Part shown: positions 37,962 to 47,562 of the stretch, piece after piece | Numbering within the stretch: position 1 is the stretch's first letter | How the letters are laid out: every line of letters begins with the position of its first letter | Assembly (NCBI GenBank): GCA_963677485.1 | Contig: OY781964.1 | Span: forward strand, 1,760,001-1,824,000 | From: Armatimonadota bacterium | Lineage (GTDB): Bacteria > Armatimonadota > HRBIN16 | Reading direction: 5' to 3' | Length of the DNA stretch: 64,000 nucleotides | The notes under the pieces: model-generated | Databases searched by the model: none | The model's input: only the letters and a program-made list of their open reading frames with translations | Told to the model about the DNA's origin: nothing | Position numbers and translations under genes: made by a program

Positions 37962-39152
37962 CTAGGCCGCCTTCACCTTCAGAACCTGGGCGTGCGAGTC
38001 CTTCATCAGCTTCCCGTCACCGCTCCACACCGCACGGAACGTGCGCTGCCGCTTGTCAAACTGGAAGTGGTCGCTCAACTCAATCTCCAGACCGCCGTCC
38101 TTCAGCACGTAGCTCAGCAGGTTCACAAACGCCATCACCTTCGTGTTCGCAGTCCACACCGGCGCACCACTCGACAGGTTCACGGGCCGTCCGATGAGCT
38201 GCCACTGGTAGCCATCCACCAGGGAGGGAGCCCACAGAGTGTCACCGGTCACCGCATTACTCACGTCGGCGATCATCTGCGCGGTCGATCCGCCCATGAT
38301 CCACTCAGCCCGGCCGAGGTAGAACTCCGGCATACCCCAATACAACGCCTCGATCTCCTTGCGGGTGATCGCGGTCGCACTGGCGGTGGTCTTCTTCAAA
38401 ACCCCGGCGTTCAAAATGCCCTGCAGCGCATCGGCTCCACCGGCACCGTTGATGATCTCGCCCTCCAGGAACTCGGCTAGACCCTCGGCAAACAGTCCGC
38501 GAAGCCACCCTTCTACGCTCACGGTAGAGCTGCTCATGTTCTTATCCACGCCGATAAGCCACTGCGCGGTCTGTGTGACTAGCGGCAACTGACCAGTCGC
38601 CGGGTCCTTCGGAGTCGTGGTCTCGTTCTGCTTCACGTACTGGAAGCCGCCCTTGCTGGTCATGGTCGGCACATTCACCGCCCAGTCGGTCGAGGGCATC
38701 CTCTTCACGCGGCCAACCACTGGGGCCAGCGACTTGGTCAGATCCCAGATCTCGTTGTAGGTCACCGTCGGGATGAGGTAACCGCCCTCTGTGCCGGTGA
38801 CGGCACCAAGAACACGCAGCTCACGGTCATCACCCCGCACCAGGAACTGAGCGAACGCGTCCCGGTACTCCTGGCTAGCGTGCAGCTCGGTCGGCACCAT
38901 CACCCTGTGCTCAGGCGGAGCGGCCCCAACCGCCAGGCGACTCATGCTCACATGCTCCGAGGCGCGCATCTCGTTCATCTCGTCAATGGTCCCGATCTGC
39001 TCATTCAGTGTCTTGGCCTGCGCCATGATCTGGTCACGGCGGCTTCTCTCTTCGTCGGTAAACCCGCGGTTCTCACCCTCAGCGGTGTTCAGCATCTGCT
39101 CCAACTCCGCCAACAGTTGGTTACGCTGGTCAATCAATCTCTTTCGGTTCAT
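37962..39152 (-). CDS. Major capsid protein, HK97 fold
   Basis: Coiled-coil delta domain, GGYLIP, E..IING.G...GIL, L.GRPV. Confidence 0.93.
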   Translation of the reverse strand: MNRKRLIDQRNQLLAELEQMLNTAEGENRGFTDEERSRRDQIMAQAKTLNEQIGTIDEMNEMRASEHVSMSRLAVGAAPPEHRVMVPTELHASQEYRDAFAQFLVRGDDRELRVLGAVTGTEGGYLIPTVTYNEIWDLTKSLAPVVGRVKRMPSTDWAVNVPTMTSKGGFQYVKQNETTTPKDPATGQLPLVTQTAQWLIGVDKNMSSSTVSVEGWLRGLFAEGLAEFLEGEIINGAGGADALQGILNAGVLKKTTASATAITRKEIEALYWGMPEFYLGRAEWIMGGSTAQMIADVSNAVTGDTLWAPSLVDGYQWQLIGRPVNLSSGAPVWTANTKVMAFVNLLSYVLKDGGLEIELSDHFQFDKRQRTFRAVWSGDGKLMKDSHAQVLKVKAA

Positions 39153-39757
39153 CGTCCCTCCATTAGCTTCTTCAGCATCATCCAGTCGTTGTTCAGGGTA
39201 GGCTGCGCATTAAGTTCCTCAGCAGGTTTACCCTCTGGTCGCTTGCACCGAGCTTCGTAATAGCTCCTCACAGCCACACTAGTGGCTACATACGCCGGTC
39301 GCACCACCGGACCAACGTCATCGATCTCCCGGATATCTAGCAGCTCCCGCAGCATCACCCCGTCCCCGCGGTCCGTCCAGGCATCCTTCGTCACCCAGAA
39401 CGCGAAGCTGCAGCCCTGCAGGTCACCCCGTCGCACCAGCTCAATCACCTGGTCGCCTATCATCGTGCGGGCCACATCGCCCTCAAACCGCAGACCGTGG
39501 TCATCTGTCGACAGCCGCAGCGTACCGCCCGCCACACTCGCCACCATCTGGTCATAGCTGTGGTTGAACAGGCACACCACTTTATCCATGTTGGTGGTCC
39601 GGAACGCCTCCGGACGGATCACCTCATAGGTGTCTCTGAAAATCATCGTCTCCGAGTTGAACACCGCCGCATACCCGTTGATAGTGCGGCTCTCCTCGCC
39701 AGACATTCGCAGCTCCGCGTTGTGCTGCATCCACCGAAACTGTAGGTTGTCGCTCAC
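39149..39757 (-). CDS. HK97-family prohead protease
   Basis: GYAAVFN..E.I...AF..LFNH...D.HGL...GCSFAF...V..PAY. Confidence 0.93.
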   Translation of the reverse strand: MSDNLQFRWMQHNAELRMSGEESRTINGYAAVFNSETMIFRDTYEVIRPEAFRTTNMDKVVCLFNHSYDQMVASVAGGTLRLSTDDHGLRFEGDVARTMIGDQVIELVRRGDLQGCSFAFWVTKDAWTDRGDGVMLRELLDIREIDDVGPVVRPAYVATSVAVRSYYEARCKRPEGKPAEELNAQPTLNNDWMMLKKLMEGR

Positions 39758-40953
39758 TTCCTCACACTCCCCGGCTCGCTGTTGCCCACCTGATCCGCAG
39801 CCTGGCCGATCGGCACCATATTCAACGGCACGTAGTATTCATCGCCACCCTCTATCGGGGGCAAATCCTCATACCGTCGTATCTCATTCACACACAGCCA
39901 GCCGTTCTGCTTGGCGATGGCGTACGATGCATATCGCTTGTCCAAGTCGCCTCGTAAAAGGCCGTCGACTTCAAACTTCACGAATATCCGCCCACGCTCC
40001 CATGGCGTCAACAGGCTCCGGCTGATCGATTGCTCCAGCCGCACAATCCAGGGCCGCAACGTCAACGAGTAGAACTCCCTAGCCCGCGCCTCGTCGCTGG
40101 CATATGTCCCTCCGGGTGCCATGACCATATGCATCGGAACACCGAACACGCGGCAGACCTCCGCCACTTGAAACTCCCGGTTCTTCAGAAACTCGCTGTC
40201 CGCGAAGCTGATTGACAGCGCATCGAACTTCACCCCCTGCTGAAGCAGCATGATCCGCCCAGCGTTCGAGGCCCCTTCGTACAGCCGTCGCCACGCGTCG
40301 ATCAGGTTCTTCTCGGCGTCTTCACTCATCTCGTCCGGAGTGCTCAACACCCCAGACGGCTTGGCCCCCTGCCGAAAGTAGCTCTCAGCCAGCGTGTCGG
40401 CAGAGATGGTGATCCCGAACACCGTCCGGAACCTCTCCAGCAGCGAGCTCCCGCGCAGACCGTCATAGCCCTGGCCGGGGATGTGCATCACATCGCTGTC
40501 TGCCAGTTTGTGCGCCGTGCCCGCCCGCGTCACGGTGTAGTTCGGGGTGCCGTCCAACTCGGCATCTGCGTAAACCTCGGCAGGGCACAACGGCCACAAT
40601 TCCGCCGGCCGGGTGTTCTCATCGCGTGCGATCTCCACATACCCGTTGCCCAGCAGCACGATGTTCTCGACCACCGACTGCCAAAATACGCACGGGATCA
40701 TCCGCCGGTTCGGCGTAGAATACAGGAGGGATTGAAGGGGGTGGCTTGGCTTCGGCACTCTGCCATCTTTGGTCATCTGGTATACATGGATCGGCAGCGT
40801 CGCGATGCTCTCGCTGATCACCGCCACGCACCGATGCAACGCTGCGATCTGCATCGCCGCATTCGTAGGCCGACCGTACTTGTCGACCCCGCCGATCACC
40901 CACGGATCAGCAATTCTCTTTTCCTTACGCTGCCACGGCCATCTCAAATTCAC
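39754..40953 (-). CDS. HK97-family portal protein
   Basis: CV.VI.ESIA.LP, L.GNGY, F..GA.P.GVL, VFGVP, NEIR..E.LPPI.GGD; GTG start with RBS GAGGG. Confidence 0.93.
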   Translation of the reverse strand: MNLRWPWQRKEKRIADPWVIGGVDKYGRPTNAAMQIAALHRCVAVISESIATLPIHVYQMTKDGRVPKPSHPLQSLLYSTPNRRMIPCVFWQSVVENIVLLGNGYVEIARDENTRPAELWPLCPAEVYADAELDGTPNYTVTRAGTAHKLADSDVMHIPGQGYDGLRGSSLLERFRTVFGITISADTLAESYFRQGAKPSGVLSTPDEMSEDAEKNLIDAWRRLYEGASNAGRIMLLQQGVKFDALSISFADSEFLKNREFQVAEVCRVFGVPMHMVMAPGGTYASDEARAREFYSLTLRPWIVRLEQSISRSLLTPWERGRIFVKFEVDGLLRGDLDKRYASYAIAKQNGWLCVNEIRRYEDLPPIEGGDEYYVPLNMVPIGQAADQVGNSEPGSVRK

Positions 40954-41116
40954 AGCCCTCCATATACTAGGGGGCAAACAATCAGAAATGGGAAGTGGCC
41001 TGATAATCCAGTAATATACTGGTATTAAATGGAGGATAACCAAAGGATGACACCGTATATATACTGCGGATATTGCTATTAATAGATCAATCGATTTGCC
41101 TTCAAAGGAATGTCAA

Positions 41117-42193
41117 ATGGCTAATAGAAAGCTCGATACAAGTAATCGGTCTACCAAAATTGGCGTGAGAAGTTCATCGTTTATATATGGTAAACAAACA
41201 TTAAGCAAACACCGCCCTGTTCAAACAAGCGAACCCATAGTTGAGAAACAAGACCGGGTTTTTTCTGCTGCGAAGCAGGAGATGATCGACAGATTAATGA
41301 CTAACGCCAAAGAATGGAACCAATGGCGCATCGATAACAAAGATGCCGTTATCGACCTTGATGACACCGATCTGCGAAATGTGAATTTGTGCTCATACAA
41401 CCTTCGTGGAGCGAGGTTAAACAATGCTGACCTTCGAGGTGCTGAACTATATGGGTCCGACCTCAGTGATGCATCACTATGGGGAGCTAATCTTAACGGA
41501 ATAGGCGATAGGACGGACCTTCGCGGTGCTGACCTACGGGGTGCGGATTTCTTAGGAGCTGACTTAAGACAGACGGATTTCGGAATGGCTAATCCACGAG
41601 GTGAAGGAACAGGGACCAACCTAAGCTATGCTGATTTTAAACTAGCATATTTAGATGGAGCCGACCTCAGCGGCGCGGACATAACGGGAACAGGCTTCCG
41701 CGGAGCTAGCCTGATGGGCGCAGACGTGAGGGGTGTGATCTACGATCGAAAGTTAATGGACGGCAACTACAGAGGTATACGGATAGACGGTTGTTATGGT
41801 GATGCTGTATTTAAACGTGATGCCCAGGATCAAGACTACATAGATACCCTTGAACCAAGGTGCCGCCGAGGTTGGCGAAAACTCCTGTTTTCATGGTGGA
41901 GATTCACCGATTATGGACGTAGTATTCCAAGTGTAGCGTTAGTAGCCATTACGTGCATGATCGCATTTGGTTGCTTATTCTACATACCTGGAGTAACCAC
42001 CCATACAACTAAAGGATTCGACATAACACCCCTCTATTTCTCAATAGTCACATTCACGACACTAGGGTATGGCGATGTCTCAGCTAATAACACCTTCGGG
42101 CAGTGCCTTGTAGCAGTAGAAGTGGCTCTCGGTTATATTACCCTTGGACTCCTCCTGGCTATATTGGCTAATACCGTTGCCCGCCGCAGCTAG
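41117..42193 (+). CDS. Pentapeptide-repeat protein fused to a 2-TM potassium-channel domain (moron)
   Basis: Many A(D/N)LxG repeats; YFSIVTFTTLGYGD selectivity-filter motif. Confidence 0.85.
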   Translation: MANRKLDTSNRSTKIGVRSSSFIYGKQTLSKHRPVQTSEPIVEKQDRVFSAAKQEMIDRLMTNAKEWNQWRIDNKDAVIDLDDTDLRNVNLCSYNLRGARLNNADLRGAELYGSDLSDASLWGANLNGIGDRTDLRGADLRGADFLGADLRQTDFGMANPRGEGTGTNLSYADFKLAYLDGADLSGADITGTGFRGASLMGADVRGVIYDRKLMDGNYRGIRIDGCYGDAVFKRDAQDQDYIDTLEPRCRRGWRKLLFSWWRFTDYGRSIPSVALVAITCMIAFGCLFYIPGVTTHTTKGFDITPLYFSIVTFTTLGYGDVSANNTFGQCLVAVEVALGYITLGLLLAILANTVARRS

Positions 42194-42310
42194 CTACTAC
42201 GGTATGTCATAATGGAATCGAAAAACCCCTTAAGCCTCTACAGCCTCGGCTGCAGGCTCAAATTGAGGGGTTCTTATTCAGTAGCACATTTACATGTCCC
42301 AGAGGTTGTT

Positions 42311-42535
42311 ATGGATATGAAAAAATACGCGAATCGCCGGGGCAATTCGAGTGTGGAGTGGTATGGTATAGCCCCCGACCGTATCGAAGTGATATTTGTC
42401 AATCGACACCGATTTGTGTATACCAACGAGTCCGTGGGGCAGGGGAAAGTAGCATTCATGAAAGTACTTGCGGAATCCGGTGTGGGCCTCTACACCTTCA
42501 TCATGAAACATATAAATAAGGACTACGACCCGTAA
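42311..42535 (+). CDS. Small conserved hypothetical protein
   Basis: Y.N..G.S.V..Y....D.I.V.F....YT....G.....MK.LA.SG.GL pattern; RBS GAGG. Confidence 0.65.
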   Translation: MDMKKYANRRGNSSVEWYGIAPDRIEVIFVNRHRFVYTNESVGQGKVAFMKVLAESGVGLYTFIMKHINKDYDP

Positions 42536-42538
42536 CCC

Positions 42539-42730
42539 TCAATCGGGAACATACGGCGCACGGTCCTCATACACGCTGCGCTTCGGTTGCCCTCCGCCCA
42601 GCATCGCCCGGCTGAGTGCCGTCACCAACGCTGCGATGCAGTCAATCCGACCGTCCGACTTCGACTTCGTCGGCTTGATGTTGTCCGCGTCATCCTTGAT
42701 GACTGCCACATTGTTTGCACACCAGCCCGC
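42539..42730 (-). pseudogene. Duplicated 3' end of the terminase large subunit
   Basis: ~190-bp diverged copy of 44393-44584; AGWCANNVAVIKDD...APYVPD nearly identical at protein level. Confidence 0.9.
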
Positions 42731-42888
42731 CAAAACATGGTCGACCCTCCAGCTCCTTAAGATCAACACCGCAAGCGTCCCACCGATCCATGCCCTTCGT
42801 GCGAACACGCTGTGTCCAAGTTGACTAGGATACAGCGAGACCGACACTAGTTGCTCCACCTAAAGCTGCAGTCACACCACGATCATGG

Positions 42889-43857
42889 TCATGCGCTGAG
42901 ACTGAACTCGGCTGTCAGTTGCCGTAAAGCTTCGCCTGCCTTTCCACGGACATCTGGAGGCACACTCATGTCTTGGGTCAACTGCGTCAGATATGGAAGT
43001 ACACCCCTGTGGCGAATTGTATCATCTAACATCATCCGACGCTCATCATTCAGCGAGCTATTTTTAAGTGCTGCTTCAATGCACTCACTTACCAATCGCT
43101 GGTTACAATGTTCCAGCATCGCTCCCGCTCGCCAAGACGGACGCAGCATCGGAGATCGTGCAACCACATCAACCAGTTTACTGATGGCTTGACGATTGTC
43201 CGCCACTCGTCTCAATGCCCGCGTGAGGTGCCGTCCGAAATAGGCAGCACAGACGGCGACATATGCCACACGGTCATCATCAAGCGTCAGGTCATCTAGA
43301 TGCAATACGATTAGGGAAAACTCTCTTAGGGTCAGGATAACATCGCCAATACCCACCCATGTTTTGAAAGAGTGCTGAAGGATCTGCTGGATATTCTGAA
43401 TCTCTTCCGTTTGTTCTGTAGGGGTGGCTCTGAGTTGACGTATGATCCTTTCAAGGTTCTGGGCAAGCGTCCTTGCACCCTCCATGGTATTCTCATACTT
43501 GAAGTATCTGATCCAGCCGAGATCGAATGGTACATCATCTCGATCTTGTGTAATCAGCACTACATGGCGCTTTATGGCATGAGCAAGTCCAAGCTCATAG
43601 AAGACGTTCGGATTCCTGTGGGTCAGATCTGCAATGATGATCTCAGATCGCAGAATGCTATCGAATATCCCCGACATAATATCCAGCGAAGAGAAGCTTT
43701 CATCCGCACGGTGGGGTTTCATGCCGAGGGCTTCGAGGGCAGGCCGTATGCCAGCGTCGTATACGGAATCCATCTGATCGCCAAAAGGCATGATTATAAA
43801 ACACAGCCCTGGTTCTACGGGTACATCCGTCCTGAGTAGAATTTCACACGGTTTCAT
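42889..43857 (-). CDS. Nucleoside 2-deoxyribosyltransferase/TIR-like domain protein (moron)
   Basis: CFIIMPF...RADE...IADLT..NPNVFYELG.AHA...PFDL...Y signature plus a helical C-terminal domain. Confidence 0.75.
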   Translation of the reverse strand: MKPCEILLRTDVPVEPGLCFIIMPFGDQMDSVYDAGIRPALEALGMKPHRADESFSSLDIMSGIFDSILRSEIIIADLTHRNPNVFYELGLAHAIKRHVVLITQDRDDVPFDLGWIRYFKYENTMEGARTLAQNLERIIRQLRATPTEQTEEIQNIQQILQHSFKTWVGIGDVILTLREFSLIVLHLDDLTLDDDRVAYVAVCAAYFGRHLTRALRRVADNRQAISKLVDVVARSPMLRPSWRAGAMLEHCNQRLVSECIEAALKNSSLNDERRMMLDDTIRHRGVLPYLTQLTQDMSVPPDVRGKAGEALRQLTAEFSLSA

Positions 43858-44198
43858 TCAATACCCCCTTACAGGAGAGGTTATAAAGTGGTGTAAATTG
43901 CCAGCTTCCTTGGAATGTTAGTTGCTATTTGGTTGTATGGGTAAGCTATCACCTGCTTTCCTGTTCTGCTACGAGTTGTATATACCCTTTTCCATTGGGG
44001 TTGTCAAGGCCGCGAAACGCCCGAAGGGGAAGCCTTTACTAGTCCAGTGTGAAAGGGCACGATATTCGGCAGAAGAACAGGCGAATTACTACTTCAACAG
44101 CCCAATAATCTGACATGATGACGATGACAACAACCATGGTAAGTAGTCTATATGTGAACCATGCATCATTGAGTCGGGTATCAAAATAGGGTGCCAAC

Positions 44199-44380
44199 AT
44201 GACGATCTATAAGAATCTATCCGGTGAGTCTAATGTCAAGAATTATTCAACAGGCGATAACTATATCACAGTTATATCTGACGGGGCGTTTTGCCAGACA
44301 TGTGTATATACATATGAGATGCCAGGTTGTGATGAATTGAACAAATGAAGATATTGGCTGAGAGTGGAATTGTTTCCTAA
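44199..44380 (+). pseudogene. Frameshifted homolog of 42311-42535
   Basis: MTIYKNLSGESNVKNYSTGDNYITV...VYTYE..G then a frameshift to QMKILAESG; truncated. Confidence 0.7.
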
Positions 44381-44392
44381 TCCGCCCTCCCC

Positions 44393-46138
44393 TCAATCCG
44401 GAACATACGGCGCACGCGTCTCATACACGCTGCGCTTCGGCTGCCCTCCGCCCAGCATCGCCCTGCTGAGCGCCGTCACCAAGGCCGCGATGCAGTCTAT
44501 CCGTCCGGTCGACTTCGACTTCGTCGGCTTGATGTTATCTGCGTCATCCTTGATGACAGCCACATTGTTCGCACACCAGCCCGCTACAGGATCACCGTTG
44601 TGACGAAGCGCATTGTATTTCCATTCCTGCCGCACATATGGCTTGATCGCGCTAGTATTGACCCCATCTGCCTTCATCTGCTCAAGAACTAACTGGGCTT
44701 CCAGCACCCGACGATCCTGATCCTCCTCGAACTTCATGCGGTATTCCTCAACCTGCTCCGGTGTGGCCGCTCCAAGAACCACCGCCGCTTCCAGTTCCTT
44801 GGATGGTGCCGACAGTGTGATGTATCCCTGCCTGCACTGAACCATCGTGATCTTGTCCTCCTCCTCAAGCTCCGTCGCCAGATGCAGCGCTCCCCACGGG
44901 TCATATGCCAGTTCTGCAAGCTTGTATCTTGCAGCGATATCCTTGATCTCCTCACGGATATACCGGTAGTCAATTCGCTCGCCCGGTGTAGGAATAAGCC
45001 ATCCCGCACGCGCCCATTCGGCATAGTCCACACCATCCCGCCGAGACCGTTCAACCATCGTGGCCTCCGGGGTCCAGGTTCGCCAGATCACGTCATACGA
45101 ACCATCGGCATTCGGAAATACCAGGCACAGCGAACTCAGGTCCATCGTGCTCGAAAGGTCGAGCCCCCCATAGCAAACTCGGCCGTCAAGCGGCTCAATT
45201 GGTTCTTTGCAGCACGCCTTCCAACGGCTCATGTCCAGCCATCTGTTCACCTGGTTCGTCCAGATATTGAGGTGGAACCTCTTGAAATCCGGCTGGCTGC
45301 TCGGTGTATCGATAGCCTTCTGACACGCCTGTTCCATATACTCGCGGTTTATCGTCACACCCCAACTAGGGTTAGCCGCCGCCCACACCTCTTCAGATGT
45401 CCAGTCCGCATCCTCCTCTGCCTCATAGATCACGGGATACCAGCGGTCATTCTGGACCGAACCATTCAATACCCGCTTGGCATAGTCATACTGCTCCCAA
45501 CAAAAAGTGGTCCGGTCGAAACCCGCAGTGGTCAACATCATGATCATCGGCTGACGCCTGGACACCATGCCTGTATCCAGCGCGGTGTAGAGCTCCCGGT
45601 TCTTGGCCACCAGCAACTCGTCATACACCACAAAATGCGGGTTGGTGCCCAGCTTCGCATCGGCGATCCGCGACAACGCTGTAAAACTGCTGTGCTTCTT
45701 GGGGTAGATCAGGGTGAATTCACTCTCAATAGGCCGCAGCTTATTCCATAACGACGGCTGTGCTTGAAGCATATTCACAGTGGATTTAAACACAATACTT
45801 GCCTGCGGTTTGTCACCAGCAGCCGAGTACACCTGGGCGCCTGGCTCACCGTCCGCCATCATCATATAGCTTGCGATCGGTGCGTTGAATGTGGTCTTTC
45901 CGTTCTTTCGTGGCACGAAGACAAAAACATACCGAAACCTGCGGTAACCAGTTTGCCTATCTACCCAGCCAAAGATGTCCCGGATGACATGGCGCTGCCA
46001 GTGCATGAGTTGAAGCTTCTGGCCAGCCCATTCACCTTCCCAAAGCCGGAGGCTCTCCATCCAGCGGCATATTCGATCTGCTTTAACCTCATCGAATCTC
46101 CATCGGTCTGTTTCGTATAGCTCTAGATATGGTCTCAC
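44393..46138 (-). CDS. terL: Terminase large subunit
   Basis: VPRKNGKT Walker A, VVYDE Walker B, TTAG, GGLDLS..DL, YDPW, RID...A. Confidence 0.95.
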   Translation of the reverse strand: MRPYLELYETDRWRFDEVKADRICRWMESLRLWEGEWAGQKLQLMHWQRHVIRDIFGWVDRQTGYRRFRYVFVFVPRKNGKTTFNAPIASYMMMADGEPGAQVYSAAGDKPQASIVFKSTVNMLQAQPSLWNKLRPIESEFTLIYPKKHSSFTALSRIADAKLGTNPHFVVYDELLVAKNRELYTALDTGMVSRRQPMIMMLTTAGFDRTTFCWEQYDYAKRVLNGSVQNDRWYPVIYEAEEDADWTSEEVWAAANPSWGVTINREYMEQACQKAIDTPSSQPDFKRFHLNIWTNQVNRWLDMSRWKACCKEPIEPLDGRVCYGGLDLSSTMDLSSLCLVFPNADGSYDVIWRTWTPEATMVERSRRDGVDYAEWARAGWLIPTPGERIDYRYIREEIKDIAARYKLAELAYDPWGALHLATELEEEDKITMVQCRQGYITLSAPSKELEAAVVLGAATPEQVEEYRMKFEEDQDRRVLEAQLVLEQMKADGVNTSAIKPYVRQEWKYNALRHNGDPVAGWCANNVAVIKDDADNIKPTKSKSTGRIDCIAALVTALSRAMLGGGQPKRSVYETRAPYVPD

Positions 46139-46536
46139 AGCATCTCATCTAACGCATCCAATTCTTCATCGTCTACGGGTTGCACCCTCAACCTGGCCAA
46201 TGGAGTAAGCCCGAACTCTGTTTGATACCGCCTCACCTGATCAAGCGCCTGGGCCTTGATACGTGTGGCTGGATGGGCCACCGTTCCACGCTCGTTCGAC
46301 AGCATCAACCCCTCGCGTTGGAGTAATATATCGGCCTCGATCATGGTGTTGTAGGCGCTACAATAAGCCACCATCGCGTCGTAGTCTATGTCGTTGGCCA
46401 CCCCGCCAAGTTTAGGCAGGATGCGCTTCCACAACAGCTTCCCATGCGGCCCCATCCATGCCGGAGGCTGTACACATTTGCTGATTTTCGTTCCGCTAGT
46501 AACCGCAGCCTTCGGCTTCCGCCCTCTATTCCCCAT
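46135..46536 (-). CDS. terS: Terminase small subunit (P27 family)
   Basis: RGRKPK, PP.W...W, YC, HPA, EFGLTP.AR. Confidence 0.9.
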   Translation of the reverse strand: MGNRGRKPKAAVTSGTKISKCVQPPAWMGPHGKLLWKRILPKLGGVANDIDYDAMVAYCSAYNTMIEADILLQREGLMLSNERGTVAHPATRIKAQALDQVRRYQTEFGLTPLARLRVQPVDDEELDALDEML

Positions 46537-46570
46537 GCAGCCTCCATCCAATTACCATTCACTCACCCGA

Positions 46571-46775
46571 CGCCATCGCAGCGCACGCCATCGCAGGGCA
46601 CGGCATCGCAGCGCACGGCACGGCATCGCTGCGCACGGCATCGCAGCGCACGGCACGGCATCGCTGCGCACGGCATCGCAGCGCACGGCACGGCATCGCT
46701 GCGCACGGCATCGCAGCGCACGCCATCGCAGCGCACGCCATCGCAGCGCACGGCAGCGGAGCGCATCGCAGGGCA
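46571..46775. repeat. Array of 41 degenerate pentamers (mostly NNGCA) with 15- and 35-bp higher-order units
   Basis: CGGCA/TCGCA/GCGCA/CGCCA units; CGGCACGGCATCGCTGCGCACGGCATCGCAGCGCA occurs three times. Confidence 0.95.
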
Positions 46776-46876
46776 TGTTAAATCTCGCGAAAAACTCAAT
46801 TTCGCATTTCCCCGCACGCGATTACACGCCCGGTAGATTGGTCGATGATATTTCAACATATCGACCCCCCTCCCCC
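46776..46876 (-). other. Probable cos packaging region
   Basis: Between HNH and terS; G-run followed by ACCGGGCGTG...CGCGTG...CGAAATT, as in HNH-associated cos phages. Confidence 0.5.
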
Positions 46877-47200
46877 GTGGACACGGCCATGGCAGACGCG
46901 GCACAAGCTTTGAAGGTTGCTGTGCTTGTACTGGTCACCACCAACAATCAGGGGCACGATGTGATGCACGATCTCCATCGGACTAACAACACCACGCTCC
47001 TGGCAAAGCTCACAGAGTGGATGCTTCTTCACATAGGACGCACGCGTCCGCTTCCACTTCGCATCGTAGCCACGATCATGAGCACTCGATCTCGTGTCGT
47101 CATCCCAGGCTCGCTTGGTGTGATGCTCGCAGTATCTGGTGCCGCGGACCAACTCACGGCATCCAATGAAAGCGCATGGCTTGAGAGGTGCTTGGCTCAT
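46853..47200 (-). CDS. HNH endonuclease (terminase-associated)
   Basis: RGYD..W...R...HPLC..C...VHHI.P...NLQSLC..CH. Confidence 0.92.
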   Translation of the reverse strand: MSQAPLKPCAFIGCRELVRGTRYCEHHTKRAWDDDTRSSAHDRGYDAKWKRTRASYVKKHPLCELCQERGVVSPMEIVHHIVPLIVGGDQYKHSNLQSLCRVCHGRVHGGGGSIC

Positions 47201-47562
47201 TCAATCACGTCCAGTGCAGAGCGTCCGAAGGCCTCTACAAGCACGGTGATGACCCCACAGCTCGACCATGCGTTAAGCTTGCCACATGCACGTTCAAAGG
47301 CCAGGTTGACCGCCCTGGTGCAGATATGCAGGAAGTCTGCTATCTCAGCAGCCGACACGTCATACAACCTGGCCACCAGCACAATGCATTCGGTGGGGGA
47401 GATCACCTCAGCCCTGAGCGCAACGGTCACCTCCTCCTTGACTAACTCAGAGCAAGCAGAGCCTGGCGGCCAATAGCTGGGTGTGGTCAGCCGTTCCGCG
47501 AGCACCTCCACATCGGTAAGCACTACCAGGTCACGCCACGGGTTCTTAGTCACAAACGGCAT
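47197..47562 (-). CDS. Sigma70-r4/LuxR-like HTH protein, possible late-gene regulator
   Basis: S..EIA..L......V.....RA..KL; just upstream of the late operon. Confidence 0.55.
   Translation of the reverse strand: MPFVTKNPWRDLVVLTDVEVLAERLTTPSYWPPGSACSELVKEEVTVALRAEVISPTECIVLVARLYDVSAAEIADFLHICTRAVNLAFERACGKLNAWSSCGVITVLVEAFGRSALDVIE

Noticed and set aside
42539-42859. Independent 106-aa gene
   Set aside because: The C-terminal ~64 aa are a terL duplicate and the N-terminus looks non-coding; treated as a remnant
44610-44775. Intein in the terminase
   Set aside because: Too short, and lacks a C/S start and HN-C/S/T end
46571-46775. CRISPR array, or real Cys/Arg-rich proteins (ORFs 46388-47476, 46444-46836, 46552-46776, 46563-46904)
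   Set aside because: No unique spacers and no cas genes; the ORFs are open only because the pentamer repeat lacks stop codons
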